NCBI GenBank assembly: GCA_002269645.1
Contig: NIVC01004220.1
Coordinates: 1-54,282, forward strand
DNA: 54,282 nucleotides
Reading direction: 5' to 3'
From: Macrostomum lignano
Taxonomy: Eukaryota
Shown: positions 1 through 12,050 of the stretch, piece after piece
How the letters are laid out: every line of letters starts with the position of its first letter
How positions within the stretch are numbered: position 1 is the stretch's first letter
Notes under the pieces: generated by a model
What the model saw: the letters and a program-made list of their open reading frames with translations, nothing else
What the model was told of the DNA's origin: nothing
Databases searched by the model: none
Program-made: the position numbers and the translations under genes

Positions 1-26
1 CAAAGCGTCTCTCAGAGTCTCATTTA

Positions 27-1332
27 CGAGGGGAAGTCAAAAAGTAATGATAATTTTGTTGTAACGCCTAAAATATAGGAGGTATTGAAATGCAACTGGT
101 TTCGTTTAAAAAAGCATCTTTTGTTCTTAATTTGACAGAGTTTTGGTTCTTCTAGAGTGATTGATTTCTGCATGGTGACGCTCTAATACCCTTCCGCTCT
201 AATACAGTATACCCTTTCAGCAACGGAAAATTAAAAAATCGAAGCTCGCACTAAGTTGAAATTTTCTGTAAAACTTGGTTGGAAGCCAGCCGAAATCATT
301 GACGCATAGAAGGTCTATATGGACACTGCTCCACCAGATCCAACCATTTACTGCTGGATTTAGGCTTTTAAGGAAGGCTGAGAGGCCATGGAAGACGCCC
401 AGTGGTCGGGAAGGCCCACAACATCGCGCACAGAGGAAAATGTGGCAGCTGTGCAGCAGGTACTTGAGCAGGATCGGTGCGTGACCATAGACAATATTGC
501 TGACCAAGTGGCCATCTCTCATGGCGATGCTCCCATTGTGATTGACTGTCTTGGTCTGAGCAAGCTGAGTGCCCGCTGGGTCCCGCGGCTGTTGCGGCCT
601 GAAGACTGGGTTCAGCGCACTGAGTGCGCCATCAACCTGCTGAACTGCTTGGACGCTGATTCAGAAAACTTTTACCAGCGCTTAGTGACTGAGGATGAAA
701 CATGAATATTTCAGTACAATCCCGTGTCCAAGGTCCAATCCAAGGAGTGGCTGCCACGATGTTCAGCGGGCCCTAAGAAGTTCCGTGCGGAAGGGTCTGC
801 AGCGAAGGTCTTGGCGACCATCTTCTGGGATGTTGAGGGAGTGGTGATGGTGGACTTCTTGGAAAGCCAGAAGACCATCAATGCAACCTAATATGAGTCG
901 CTTCTGCAAAGGTTCCACTCCGAATTGGCCAAAAAGCGACCCGGAAAGCTGCACCGTGGAATTCGCTTTCACCACGACAATGCACCAGCCCACACTTCTC
1001 GGCTCTGCCGTGAAGCCCTGCGAGATTTCCACTGGGAAATCCTCCGGCATCCTCCATATAGCCCTGATTTGTCTCCCAAGACTTTTTTGGTTCCCAAGCT
1101 GAAGGAAGCAATCAAAGGAGTCCAACATGAGGACAAAGAGGCTGCCAAAAAGGCTACTGTACAGTGGCTTGCTGCACAGCCTCCTGAGTTCTACGCGAAC
1201 GGCCTGGAGAGATGGCGACACCGCATGGAGAAGTGTCTGACCCTTGAAGGGGACTATGTAGAAAAGTAGATTCTAATTTTAAGTTTGACACTCGTGAGAA
1301 CAAAATTATCATTACTTTTTTACTTTCCCTCG
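27..1332 (+). mobile_element. Full-length but inactive mariner (Tc1/mariner, D,D34D-type) DNA transposon, 1306 bp
   Basis: 34-bp TIRs (27-60 CGAGGGGAAGTCAAAAAGTAATGATAATTTTGTT; 1299-1332, 2 mismatches) flanked by TA at 25-26 and 1333-1334. Transposase motifs WVPR, VTEDET, HHDNAPAH and HPPYSPDL are present. Confidence 0.95.
241..1269 (+). pseudogene. Mariner transposase pseudogene
   Basis: ORF pieces 388-705 and 925-1269 are interrupted by stops and frameshifts. The third catalytic Asp codon (GAC, ~1080-1082) is visible only one base out of frame. Confidence 0.9.
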
Positions 1333-1479
1333 TACTAAATCGTTCCCGTGAAAACTAAACTTAGTTTTTTACTAAACTTAGGTAGTTATCACCGTGGTTT
1401 TGTTTCACGGAGAACGTAACGTTTCCGTCGCTAGTAGCCAAAAAAAGATGATTGTCCTTAGTTCGTTGAGGCAGTAGAT

Positions 1480-1830
1480 CCAGATACCTTCGTACGTTGG
1501 CGGTCTCATGGCCTGCTTGTTGTCGCCACGTGATTTCGCCATCACTGGATCAACCGGTTTGTTCTTTGATGAAAGCTTCGGCAACAAGTAGTTCTTTACC
1601 ATTAGCATCAATGTGAAGCTGGAGAATTTCGCGTTTCTTCAGATATTTCAAATGTCCCTGCCCGCGCTCACCGAGACTGAAGAGAAGATAGAACAGAAAT
1701 CAATCCTGTTCAGCGTTCGCGGTTCCGCCTTGGAAGTAGGCAGACAGTTTCAGCATGTCGCCCTCTTCATTCGGCTCGTATTGCTGCTGGACGTCGCCAC
1801 CTTCTTTGTGAAACTTTCTACGTCGTAACT
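1480..1830 (-). pseudogene. Degenerate Crypton/DUF3504-like tyrosine recombinase fragment
   Basis: Manual translation DMLKLSAYF...D*FLFYLLFSLGERGQGHLKYLKKREILQLHIDANGKELLV resembles the (W)F.L.L.FG.RG.E..R.L motif region of Crypton-derived proteins. Stops are present. Confidence 0.4.
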
Positions 1831-2029
1831 TGCACGCGAAGCATCCGAAGCTTTTGCTGAATCAAAATATATTGACAAACAGAGAGATAAGAGAGTTTTC
1901 CTTATCTCTCTGTAACCTAGAAAGGATTTTTTTGTTGAAGTTTTTTAATTTCAAAAGTAAACATAATTACTCACATATGTTGCTCATTTGTTTGTTAAAT
2001 TCTGATTTGACATGAAATATACAGCTTCT

Positions 2030-2250
2030 CTCTCTACACACTTACCAGTGTTCTTCTCTTTAAGTTGGCAGCCCAGACAAGCCTTCGGGTACCAACCGGT
2101 AGCCCATTGACAGGCAAGCGCTCAGAATCTCATTCCATTAATCCTGTTTCATTTTGTCACTCAGTGAAGGACTAAATTTTCCAAAAAGGATATTCCTGTT
2201 TTCTTCATTTTTTTCTAGAAGAAATAGTTTGTCCTCACAAGTATCTTTCA
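2030..2250 (-). pseudogene. Myb/SANT-like DNA-binding domain remnant (transposon-associated type)
   Basis: Manual translation FLLEKNEENRNILFGKFSPSLSDKMKQD*WNEILSACLSMGY matches the LFGKF...K..W.EI pattern of Myb/SANT-like domains. In-frame stops are present. Confidence 0.4.
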
Positions 2251-2549
2251 TTTTAGGCTTAAAGAGATACAGAATGAAAGAAACCAAATAAAATACCACT
2301 TAGCTCGTATCATTTAGACACAAATTATTTATAAGCAAAAGCTCACAGTTAAAAATTCTATGGTTCAAAGCCAAAGTTTATGGCCTTGGAAGAATGATTG
2401 TAAGACCTAGGTTGACCCTTGGACTGCGCAACTATAGGGTCCTATTTTTAAACTTGACAAGTGGTTGCTAAATTCTCATGAAACTGAGATCGCTGTCACT
2501 TATCACTTGTAACTTTTAATTTGTCTGACAAGTGGCTTCTTGAAATCCA

Positions 2550-3780
2550 CCCAGGAATCCAGAAAATTTGGAAAACTTCTTTTCATCTCCTTTCTTTGGA
2601 GCTACAACGATCGAGGCGCACCTGGGAGTAGTCGGGGCTCCGTCACTGCAAATTTCTTGCTGCCTTTCTAAAGAATCTAGCTCGATCTTGATTTTTTCTT
2701 GGAGGGGCAGTGGTAATCAGCGTGAAACTTTCACAGAAAATGGGATCCCATCGTCCTTTATCGCAATCTGAAATCTCTCAATATTTATGGGTCGGATTTC
2801 TTCGTCGAAGACCATTGGGAACTCTTGGATTAAATCCAGTTCCGTGACTTTTCTTCGGCACCATTCGTCGAAAGCTGAAATAAAAAGTCATAGGGAACAA
2901 TACCCAATTTTTCCATATCTGTCAGGTGCAATCAAGTTCTTTAGTACGTGAATCCTTGTTGTTGCGCGCTTCCCGTTTAGGGCTATTGTAGCGGGGAAGT
3001 TACTGTTTGTTCTGATGAACCGTCCATAGGCTGATTGCGGCACAGTTGTGTCATGCCTCAATTGTGAAACAGTGACGTGCAGCTCCTGCAACTGTACTCT
3101 CGGATTGTGTCGATATTCGGAATAACCCGTATCGGGCATCATTTTCAGCTGCTCATTGTTTCCTAAAACTGTTATATTTGGGGTTGTAGGTTCCAGAGAA
3201 AATAGATCTGAAAGTCTCGGCTCTCTTGCTTGCCGATATTTACGATATGCTTTATTTTTTCCTCTTTGCCGCACCTGTCTTTAGCCGCTGCCAAATCAAT
3301 ACAGTACGCTCGTAGAAAAAAAGCCATAAAACACAAGCACAAATACAACATATGCTACAATTCCAACGTAATAACCAAGGTAGAGAGTCTCGGCTGTTTT
3401 TTAAAGCTATAGCCACTGCGACGATTAGAACGATTCGCAAAATTTACACGACCGCATCAAGTCTCTCCGCTGCATAACGTATTCATTCAAACTTTATCCG
3501 TCGCTTAGCTGCTTCTCCAGAATCTGTTCCTTTCCAAAATGATGTCAGTCTGTCCTGGCATGTACTCTCTAATAGCTTCTATGACATGCTGTGGGTCCTT
3601 GAATTCTAATTTCAGTCAGTGGCAGGTTCTTATACTCGTACCTTGAGATATTCGGAGAATGTTGCAGATGTGAATGCATTTAAAAACATTTGACGCTTCG
3701 CAGTGGATGTTGACAGCGCCGAAATATATGCTTCCAGGGTTGCTCTCCAGGAATTGAAGTCATTAGTAGTGTCTACTGAT
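2550..3780 (-). mobile_element. Degenerate Ty3/Gypsy LTR retrotransposon internal fragment (gag, protease, start of RT)
   Basis: Gag-like ERNRFW...NEYV...C.F lies at ~3450-3600. Protease-like KMMPDTG...NGKRATTRIHV is in ORF 2888-3274. RT N-terminus-like LIQEFPMVFDE...KIKIELDSLE...PT...SIVVAPKKG lies at ~2580-2830. Many stops and frameshifts. Confidence 0.7.
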
Positions 3781-6700
3781 AGGTCCAGACATGGGATGTG
3801 CAGTATAGGTAGAGTGTAGCGGTTGCTACAACTAAAGATACGAACGAAATTGCGATCGCGCTAAGTTGATAAAACAAAGCGGTAAAGTTGACGAACGCGC
3901 CGAGAAGGCTGCCCTTCATTGACTGCCCGTTCTCAACTCGTGTACACAGCATGTAACTTGCCTTAGACATTTAACTTCGTTTCAAATAAGATATGATTAC
4001 TAATTAAACTTTCGAATTGATTGGCTTATGGATCATAGCGATACGATTGTAACCACAGAAATTACACAGAATGCTCAATAAGTCTGTCTATGACTCCGAA
4101 ATGCATGCGCGTGCACACTACTTTTTCGGTGAATGCGCTGAAGTAGTGCAGAGGAAACTGATGAAGCATTGTGTTTATTTGACGTCTAACCATCAATAGT
4201 TATGGAAACCTGGAAAGAACCGGCTCATATCAAGTATGCTAAGAAAGACAAAACTAACTCACTATATTGAACTCAAGCGACACAAAATGAACGCACTCTT
4301 GCATGTTTATTTTCGATGGTTTGCACCTATATCAAATGGTGTAAAATGTAAAATTTCAAACTATAAAATGGCCAAATGGGAACGTGATATACTTGTACCA
4401 GACAGGAAGACCATTTAGAAACTCGGCAGTGATTAGGGAGCATGAACCAGAAAGCCTTTAACAGGTGGATGCCGATGGGGGGGGGTATTTCAAATACCCA
4501 AAAGTTATCCACGCCATAACTCTTGAACCCGACGATGGATTCGTCTGAAAATTCACAGTATGGGCAAAAATTTATCGAGGAATCTGATGAAGCCATCGCC
4601 GACTCTCTCCGACGTCGAGATCGTCGAGATATTCAGCGATTCTCAAGGAGGTCCCCCTGTTTTTGAAGGCAAACCGTCGAATTCAGTGGCTAGGTCTTGA
4701 CACCAGGCAGAAAGGTGCCCAAAATGATCCCAAACCTCATTTCAGCCATTGGTGAGGTAACCCAGAACACTTGTAGTGCGCTACAACAATGCCCCGTGGC
4801 CACCGTCGACCATCGTCAGGACATTCAACGAGCACATTCTGACATCATTGGAATTCGAGATCCGAAACAAATTTCGGTCAATATTTATTATGAAATCTTG
4901 TCAATGAGCAACCTACGACTCCTTCTTGCATTCAACCTACTTCCTGCACCATCCCGACCGTCTGGACGAACGTCGGGACCTTCAACGGATGTGTCCATCG
5001 GACTTCTGGCAGTCTAGCATATACTTTGGCTAGAAATTCTTGATCAAGCCTCACCAATGAGCAACGTGAGACTCCCTGTCGCACTCACTATACTCACTCA
5101 CTATAAACAGTCTGCAATGATCTACAATAAACAGCATGCAATCGACGCATGAACCAAAAGTGTACACAGCAAGGCCTCCACTTTTTTCATTCACTGCCAT
5201 GTCTTGTCCCACCGAAACTCATAAACCTGCCTTTGTGCCTGTCATTAAATGTGCAAGTTTCACAGTAAAAGAATTGTTTCCACTGTGACAACAATCAAAA
5301 TTTCAGTCCGAAATTAGACCATAACCGTTATAAGAGCATTTCGAATTTCTACTGCAAATTTATGTCGGCAGTTTTAAGCATAAAGCTTTCCAGTAAAACA
5401 TGATTACTATTATTTCTGCTTTTTATCCGCTACTTTCTCAGCATAATTTCCACTGTTATGATCCTCTTTTAATTTCCATATCGATTCTGCATTTCGATTC
5501 AGCTAAACCGATTTTTTTCTTGGGAATGTTAATTTGGACAAAACTGGGTACATCTTTTGGTGTAAAAGTCTGAGTGAGTAAGAGAAAGTGACACTAAAAG
5601 TTTACAGATTATAACGGTACACTTACGAGCAGTCGGAGCAAAAATAACGGGTGTCATGCACTTCGCGTGCCGTGTGCGATCTGCAAAGACCTTCGTCACA
5701 GACATAGCACCGTCGTGTTGTTGTACTTAGCAGGTTTTCTAGCAGAAAAAGCAGAAAAACTTAGAAAAACTTAGCAGAAAAACTTAGCAGGTTTTCTTAG
5801 CAGGTACTTAGCACCTCTCCAGGCAACTGAACGTCTCCAGATATCACCACTGCAGAGGTTCTAGCAGTTGCCACGCGTAGTGACTCTGATCAGTAATCAG
5901 TTGATTTGCTTTCCTTCGCCTGGACAGAACCGGATAGAATGGTGCTGAAGCGCTTCTGCTGCATCATTGAAGCGTCAATGTATCGCTCTAGAGCGGAGCA
6001 ACTGCGCCCGTGATACGTCCAATATCCTCGCGCGGTACACCAGCATCGCGTAAAACGGTTGCACAGGTTTTGTGCAACGACTAGTTAGTGTAGCGTGTGC
6101 TGTCGTTTGGAGCCACCTTCGTCACAAGCGACTTTACAGTTGAGGCCAACGTGTGCCGTCGAATCGGAATCCTTGTAGACCATTCCGAGCGACCATCAGG
6201 CTTCCACCGCCTGTTGCATGACAAGAAAAGAGCCTCGCAACACCCGCTCGGCCGGTGCGAAACGTAGTCGGTGTAGAGACCGACAATGCACTTAGAATCA
6301 TCTTCAATGTGGAAGGCTCTGACGATCTTCTGTTCCCGTCGAAGGCGGTCTAAACCACCCTGGTTGGTCTTCTATCCGCTGTTGTCCCTATAGACTAAAC
6401 AGACCTCATCATCAATCGCTTCTAGCTGGATCTGTCGATTGTACTCCAGGTCTCGCAACTCCGAACCACCGCGTAGTGCGAAATGTTTTCCCACACCCCA
6501 AACCGCGGAACTCACCAGCTGTCGTGGACTATCACTACCAAGCACACCTTCAGACCAGAGCTTCTCTTCGATACTAGATGGTACAGGTCCTGCATGACGC
6601 AATCCACTACCCTTTCCGTCACGGGTACTCATCTTCATCGAAGCATCCAGCACACGTCGGCTCTCATTGAATTCGACGTCCTTCCAGAGGCTCCATAGCT

Positions 6701-6937
6701 TTCCGCATTCGTTGACTAAGTATAGTATTGCAGCATGCTGAAAAAATCATTCAATGTAGAAGCGCCATAGCGATCACCATGCTTATTTCGTACCTCTAAG
6801 ATAAATCACTTAAGAACGTAGTTGCGATCGTGCTTGCTCATCACGGATAGATCGGCCAACACCATCAAACTCGGTCCATGTTCTGCCTTACCTTATTGAT
6901 TCTTCTTCCTTTCGTGCCACGATCGAAAGATTTCTAC

Positions 6938-8034
6938 TGAAGAGTTCGCTTTATCACACTAGAGAGAGGGAAAGGGAGAGAGAGAGAAAGAGAAGAGAGA
7001 GAGAATTTAATCTAGTGTCTAAACGCACGAACTCCCACTTCCAGACCTCAAGCCTGGGAACAAGTTCAGTGTTCACTTACTGGTGCGGGCTCCTCTTCTT
7101 TGTCGGGCAGGTTTTCCGAGCTCGACTCTTCAAATCTTCCTCCTCCGGAGTAGTCTTCTTGAATTCTAGAATCGGCCGAACATGAGAGCTCAATAACTTA
7201 GTCCGTCGACGTTAATATATTCCTCGAGTGCAGAAATCAATATATTCCTCGAGTGCAGAAATCGATATATTCCTCGAGTGCAGAAATCAATATATTCCTC
7301 GAGTGCAGAGATGCGCCCTAATAACAATGTCAACTCTATAACAATAACGAGGTCCTCCGAAAGGGCATCTTCTTCTAGAAATAAAGAAGGAATCTGAGTC
7401 GTGTGCTCCTATCGGTTACTCTAGGGTACCAAAATCAATCAATCAGTAATCGACTAAGAGTATCGGAATCGGTCCGCAGATCCTATCTAATCCCTTAGGA
7501 ATAGGGAGGCCTCAAATTCAATAACTCTATAAATCGACTGATCAGTAACGGCCGGCAATGACAGCTCTCAATAATCGAATAACAAAGACTCAAATAACAA
7601 AGACTCTAACAAGGCTTACCAATTGGTGTTTGTCCCTCTCAGAGATATAGCCTTGCTTGGTAGCTTTGGCTAAGCCCAAGATTTATTAAGGCTGCTCCAA
7701 GTCTGAGGTTTCAGCTCGGACTTTTCGCTTGTACGCTCGTATTTATACACGATTTCATTCGACCTTGAGCTTCAAACCGGTTTTATTGATAAGAATCAAA
7801 GGATGGACTTTGTCTCTTGACCGGTGGGGTTTTACATAGAAAAGGGGTGAAGCCTGGGTCGCATTTAAATTGACATTTGAAAACCGTTTTTTGGACTATG
7901 GAATGATCACTCGCTGTTTACGTGATATTGCATGTATTACTGAAAATAGAGTATGACGCATGTTAGTTTTTAAATAGTATTCATGTTTTTATCTCACTAC
8001 TTCTAGTAGGCTATTAGGCTTGGAGATCTCTACA
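6938..8034 (-). mobile_element. Solo LTR (Gypsy-type 4-bp TSD), 1097 bp
   Basis: TG...CA ends with imperfect inverted termini (TGAAGAG/CTCTACA) and TSD CTAC at 6934-6937 and 8035-8038. Removing it restores the Crypton frame (KWVV-EIFRSW). TATA-like GTATAAAT on the minus strand at ~7741-7748. Confidence 0.85.
7214..7310. repeat. 25-bp tandem repeat, ~4 copies, inside the solo LTR
   Basis: Unit AATATATTCCTCGAGTGCAGAAATC. Confidence 0.9.
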
Positions 8035-10448
8035 CTACCACCCACTTACACTTCGTTGTAGCTTCTGGCACTACAGACGCAATCATTTCGTTGAGTCTCT
8101 GCTTATCTTCGTTGCAATCGGTTGTGGGAGCCAGTGGCAAGTCACTCAAGACTGCTTCGACTTCAGCAAGACTAAGTGATTCAAAACCGACGCTATCAAT
8201 ATCACTCATGTTGAAACTAACGCGAAAGTGTCGCGGATTAAAATTAAAGAGATTAAGTAGACAACCACTCAATTTGAAATACCAAACACAATCGTTTTCG
8301 GGAACTGCATCAAATCAACATTTGTCTATGGTTATAAATGTACAGTGTTAGTTTGGCCAAATGGGGGATAAATATATTATTTCCGTTCATTTTAGTCTAT
8401 GGTCTAAAGCAAATGTATTAGACTCGTTTCTTAGCCGAGGCGAAGCATAATTTGCTTCAGACCAAAAGAAATAAATAAACGGAAATAACTTTTATTTTAC
8501 GCCCGCAAATAGGTAATTATTTTCTTTGTGCCATAAATATTTTTGTCTCAGCAAGGCTGCAAGAGAAAGAATGGCCACGAAGCCCCCACATTTTAAGCAT
8601 ATACACTTTTGATGAAAACGATCGAAGCTAATTGTCATGCAGCGTGCGCTGCAGTCTAGAAACAAGTTGCAGCGCAGTATAAGAGATTGAATCAGCTATA
8701 TTTTGCGGGCATTAAATGCAAGTTTTGACTTTCCTTTCATTCATGCAGGCTTAAATGTACTGTACATGTAGTCTATATGGTATTAACGCGGGTTAGATCA
8801 AGTGCCCGCCGGGCAAAAAGGTCAGGATACAATTGATCATCGGAGAGCACGAATTTTATCACTTAAGGGAGCTATTACAACATTAGGTCTTATTTTTCAG
8901 CGAGCAACATATAACCACGAGTATACATGTATAGGAAACAGGAACAAGAACTAAAAATCTGCTCAGCGCTGAGTCCTCAGAATCCGATTAGAACAATTAC
9001 TGTTTTCTAGATTTTTTGTATTTGCATAAGTAAGTTACTTCTAGTAGTAGGTTGCTGCCACCACAGCAAAGTTGCAGAAAATAATTATCTCTCGGAATCC
9101 AAAAAATTACAGAATTGATTCGCCTGCAATGCACACTGGAAATGGAATACATGATGGCCACATAGCATCCATTAACGACGGGTCGTCACGTCACTTATTA
9201 AAGTGCAAATCTCAAGGACCATAAATATCTTGCTGAATCTCCGGTGTGGCCAGCTGTCTCTTAAATGCAGCCTTGAGACTTAAGTGGGCTTTCTCAACGG
9301 GGTTTAAGAGTACGGTGGCAGCACCTTCATTAGCCATGCAGTTGCGCACTTATGAATTAAGCTTGATTTGCTCCATTTTCCAATGCAATTGATAGCGAGG
9401 ATCTCTCAAGCTCAGCTGAACGATTCGTGCACTAGTTGCTCAATGCACCCTATACAGCTATATACAATGGTCCTTGTTATTGCCTCGTTGATAATCTCCT
9501 GACATACGAGTCCCGGATTCGGCGAGATGGCTTGAATATAGTCGAGGTAAAATTGAACACTCGATAATGCAAGTATACCAGTATGTACTTGTTACAAGTC
9601 TACCAACCCATTTTCTTCGTCTGCTGCGGCCTTATGGACCCACAAGTCCAGTATGTTGAAGCCTATTTCATACAGATAAACGCGATGGCAGGCAAGGCGG
9701 TCAGATCAACAAACTATCAAAATGAAAAGCATTACCAAAATTTTGCATTACAACAAAATAAAAAGTAAACTGTCTTTCATAATTACATTATGCAGTGAAT
9801 AGCGTATATTTGCTAAAATTATTTTTAAATTATTTTGGTAAGGCATGTAAATTCGAAATTATTATTACCTAACTTTCTGTAGAAAGCGAAGAAGATTTAA
9901 ACTTGTACTTTATCACATAATTTTAAGAATATTAGAATAATATTTAGTATATTTAAGATAATACAGTATATATACAGTAATACTGAGGCTTTAAGCTAGA
10001 AGATTAGAATTTTTTTAACTGCAGTCATGATTCATCAAAAAATTATTGCTAGATAGGCCTAGCTTGTTGAATATTTCAATATAGCCTCTGCTGCTTTGTA
10101 TTCTACTCCTAGTCCTAGTCCTACCTAAGTCTTACTAACTAGGCCTATGGCTATTGTTGACTTGTAAATATCAAATGAATAAAATGAGAAGAAGCCAATT
10201 ATATGTTCCAATTTTTTTCTCTTTGAATGTATACTTCCTTATCCTTAGTGCCCTTATAACAGGCAGCCCATGGCCATAACCCCATAAGAAAACTTGACTA
10301 ATTAATAAATTTAATTTTGCTAAACAAATGCAAATTTAAAATGTCAAGTCAAGATAATGTCAAGATAAGGGAAGAGAGAAGTGAGAGGATAATGGAGAAA
10401 GTAGAGAGATGAGAGAGCAGAGAGGAGATAAAGGAGAGGAGAGAAAAG

Positions 10449-12050
10449 GGACTTCTTCAAGTTTATGTTGATAAAATAGTTTCAATTTTGATAGGATCAT
10501 AATTTTGTCTCTAAAGTGGTTTTTGATGGTGCTGATTTCAAATTTGAGCTCCATTTTTAGGTAGCTTTAACCCAATTATATGTAGCTTAAAGCCAACTAC
10601 CAGGGCATGGGGAATGCGGGGTTTTAGGGTGGGGAGATTCTTCATGAGGATTGGTTTTATCAACATAAACTTGAATAGAGGCATGGAGACCTATTCAAGA
10701 TTGTGTTGATAAATTCCAATTCTAATAGGGGGGGGGGGGTTGTAGCTTAAAACCAACTGCCGGGGCATGGGAAATAGGGGGTTTTAGGGTGGGGAGATTC
10801 TTCATGGGGATTGATTTTATCAACATAAACTTGAATAGAGGCATGGAGACCTATTCAAGATTGTGTTGATAAATTCCAATTCTAATAGGGGGGGGGGGGT
10901 TGTAGCTTAAAACCAACTACCAAGGCATGGGGAATAGGCCTAGGCTAGGGGGTTTTAGGGTAGGGAGATTCTTCATGGGGATTGATTTTATCAACATAAA
11001 CTTGAATAGAGGCATGGAGACCTATTCAAGATTGTGCTAACAAATTCCAATTCTAATAGGGGGGGGGTGGTAGCTTAAAACCAACTACCAAGGCATGGGG
11101 AATAGGCCTAGGGGGTTTTAGGGTGGGGAGATTCTTCATGGGGATTGATTTTATCAACATAAACTTGAATAGAGGCATGGAGACCTATTCAAGATTGTGC
11201 TAACAAATTCCAATTCTAATAGGGGGGGGGGTGGTAGCTTAAAACCAACTACCAAGGCATGGGGAATAGGCCTAGGGGGTTTTAGGGTGGGGAGATTCTT
11301 CATGGGGATTGATTTTATCAACATAAACTTGAATAGAGGCATGGAGACCTATTCAAGATTGTGCAGACAAATTCCAATTCTAATAGGGGGGAGGGGTTGT
11401 AACTCCACGACACGAGAAAAGAGAGAATCCACCAAAGAGTCAACATAATTATGTCAGAAGTTGGTTGAATTCTATAACTTTATCTAAATGAATTTGCTTA
11501 CCAAAATCAAGTGCTGTTACTTCCTTAATACAATAGAATTAGTAATCTAGCCTTGTACAGTAATTGGTTTTGAGGAGCGAAATGCTTTAAAGTTGCGAAC
11601 ATTGCTTTGGCTGGGTGCAGTGAAAGTGGTAGTGCAAAGATCGAGCCAGTCGTGACAGTTTTTAAAAAAGCGAACAGTGACATGGCACTGTCTATGCATT
11701 ATAACTAAATAGAAAAACTATTATCAGCCAACGTAAAAGACAATTGCATATTAATTTGTAGATATGATTATTCATCTTTAATTGGCCTAATGAAGTTCTA
11801 GCACATGTGCTATTAGATTAAAAGTCTAGTGGATACATTTTCAAAAATGTATTCGTGGAAACTTTTTCTCACCAAACGTCATTAAGAGAATAGGGAATCG
11901 AGTAAAAATCGTGATTGCATCAACTGTACAAGTAATTTTCTACACTTTTTTTGCATTTTTATAATTTTGGGTACCCATAAGTCTCCAATGCAAGTTTCAG
12001 AAAAATTGAAAAATCGGAAGTATTTTATCAACATAAACTTGAAGAAGTCC
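10449..12050. mobile_element. Non-autonomous TIR element with 8-bp TSD (Merlin/MULE-like signature), 1602 bp
   Basis: Perfect 30-bp TIRs GGACTTCTTCAAGTTTATGTTGATAAAATA (10449-10478 and 12021-12050). TSD GAGAAAAG at 10441-10448 and 12051-12058. Inserted in a GA-rich tract; no transposase ORF. Confidence 0.85.
10560..11400. repeat. ~160-bp tandem repeat, 5 copies, internal to the TIR element
   Basis: TAGCTTAAA anchors recur every ~159-168 bp. Each unit contains TTTTATCAACATAAACTTGAA and a G-run. Confidence 0.9.

Larger units (their letters stand above)
5890..8209 (-). pseudogene. Crypton-type tyrosine recombinase (DUF3504-like) pseudogene interrupted by a solo LTR
   Basis: Fragments read in order: MSDIDS...VVPEATTKCKWVV / EIFRSW; RVLDASMK; EEKLWSEGVLGSDSPRQL...KHFALRGGSELRDL; KTNQGGL; CIVGLYTDYVSHRP; YTN*SLHKTCAT; TG-RSCSALERY. 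The HxxR motif is destroyed and the catalytic Tyr is retained. Confidence 0.85.

Noticed and set aside
4230-5050. Stop-riddled coding-like sequence on the minus strand
   Set aside because: Probably a TE remnant, but I could not assign any domain.
6960-8050. Reading the Crypton interruption as an intron (GTAAGT ... pyrimidine tract AG on the minus strand)
   Set aside because: TG..CA ends, a 4-bp TSD, exact frame restoration and homology to the second LTR explain it better.
9130-9770. Short ORF 9583-9768 and decayed coding-like fragments
   Set aside because: No recognisable motif.
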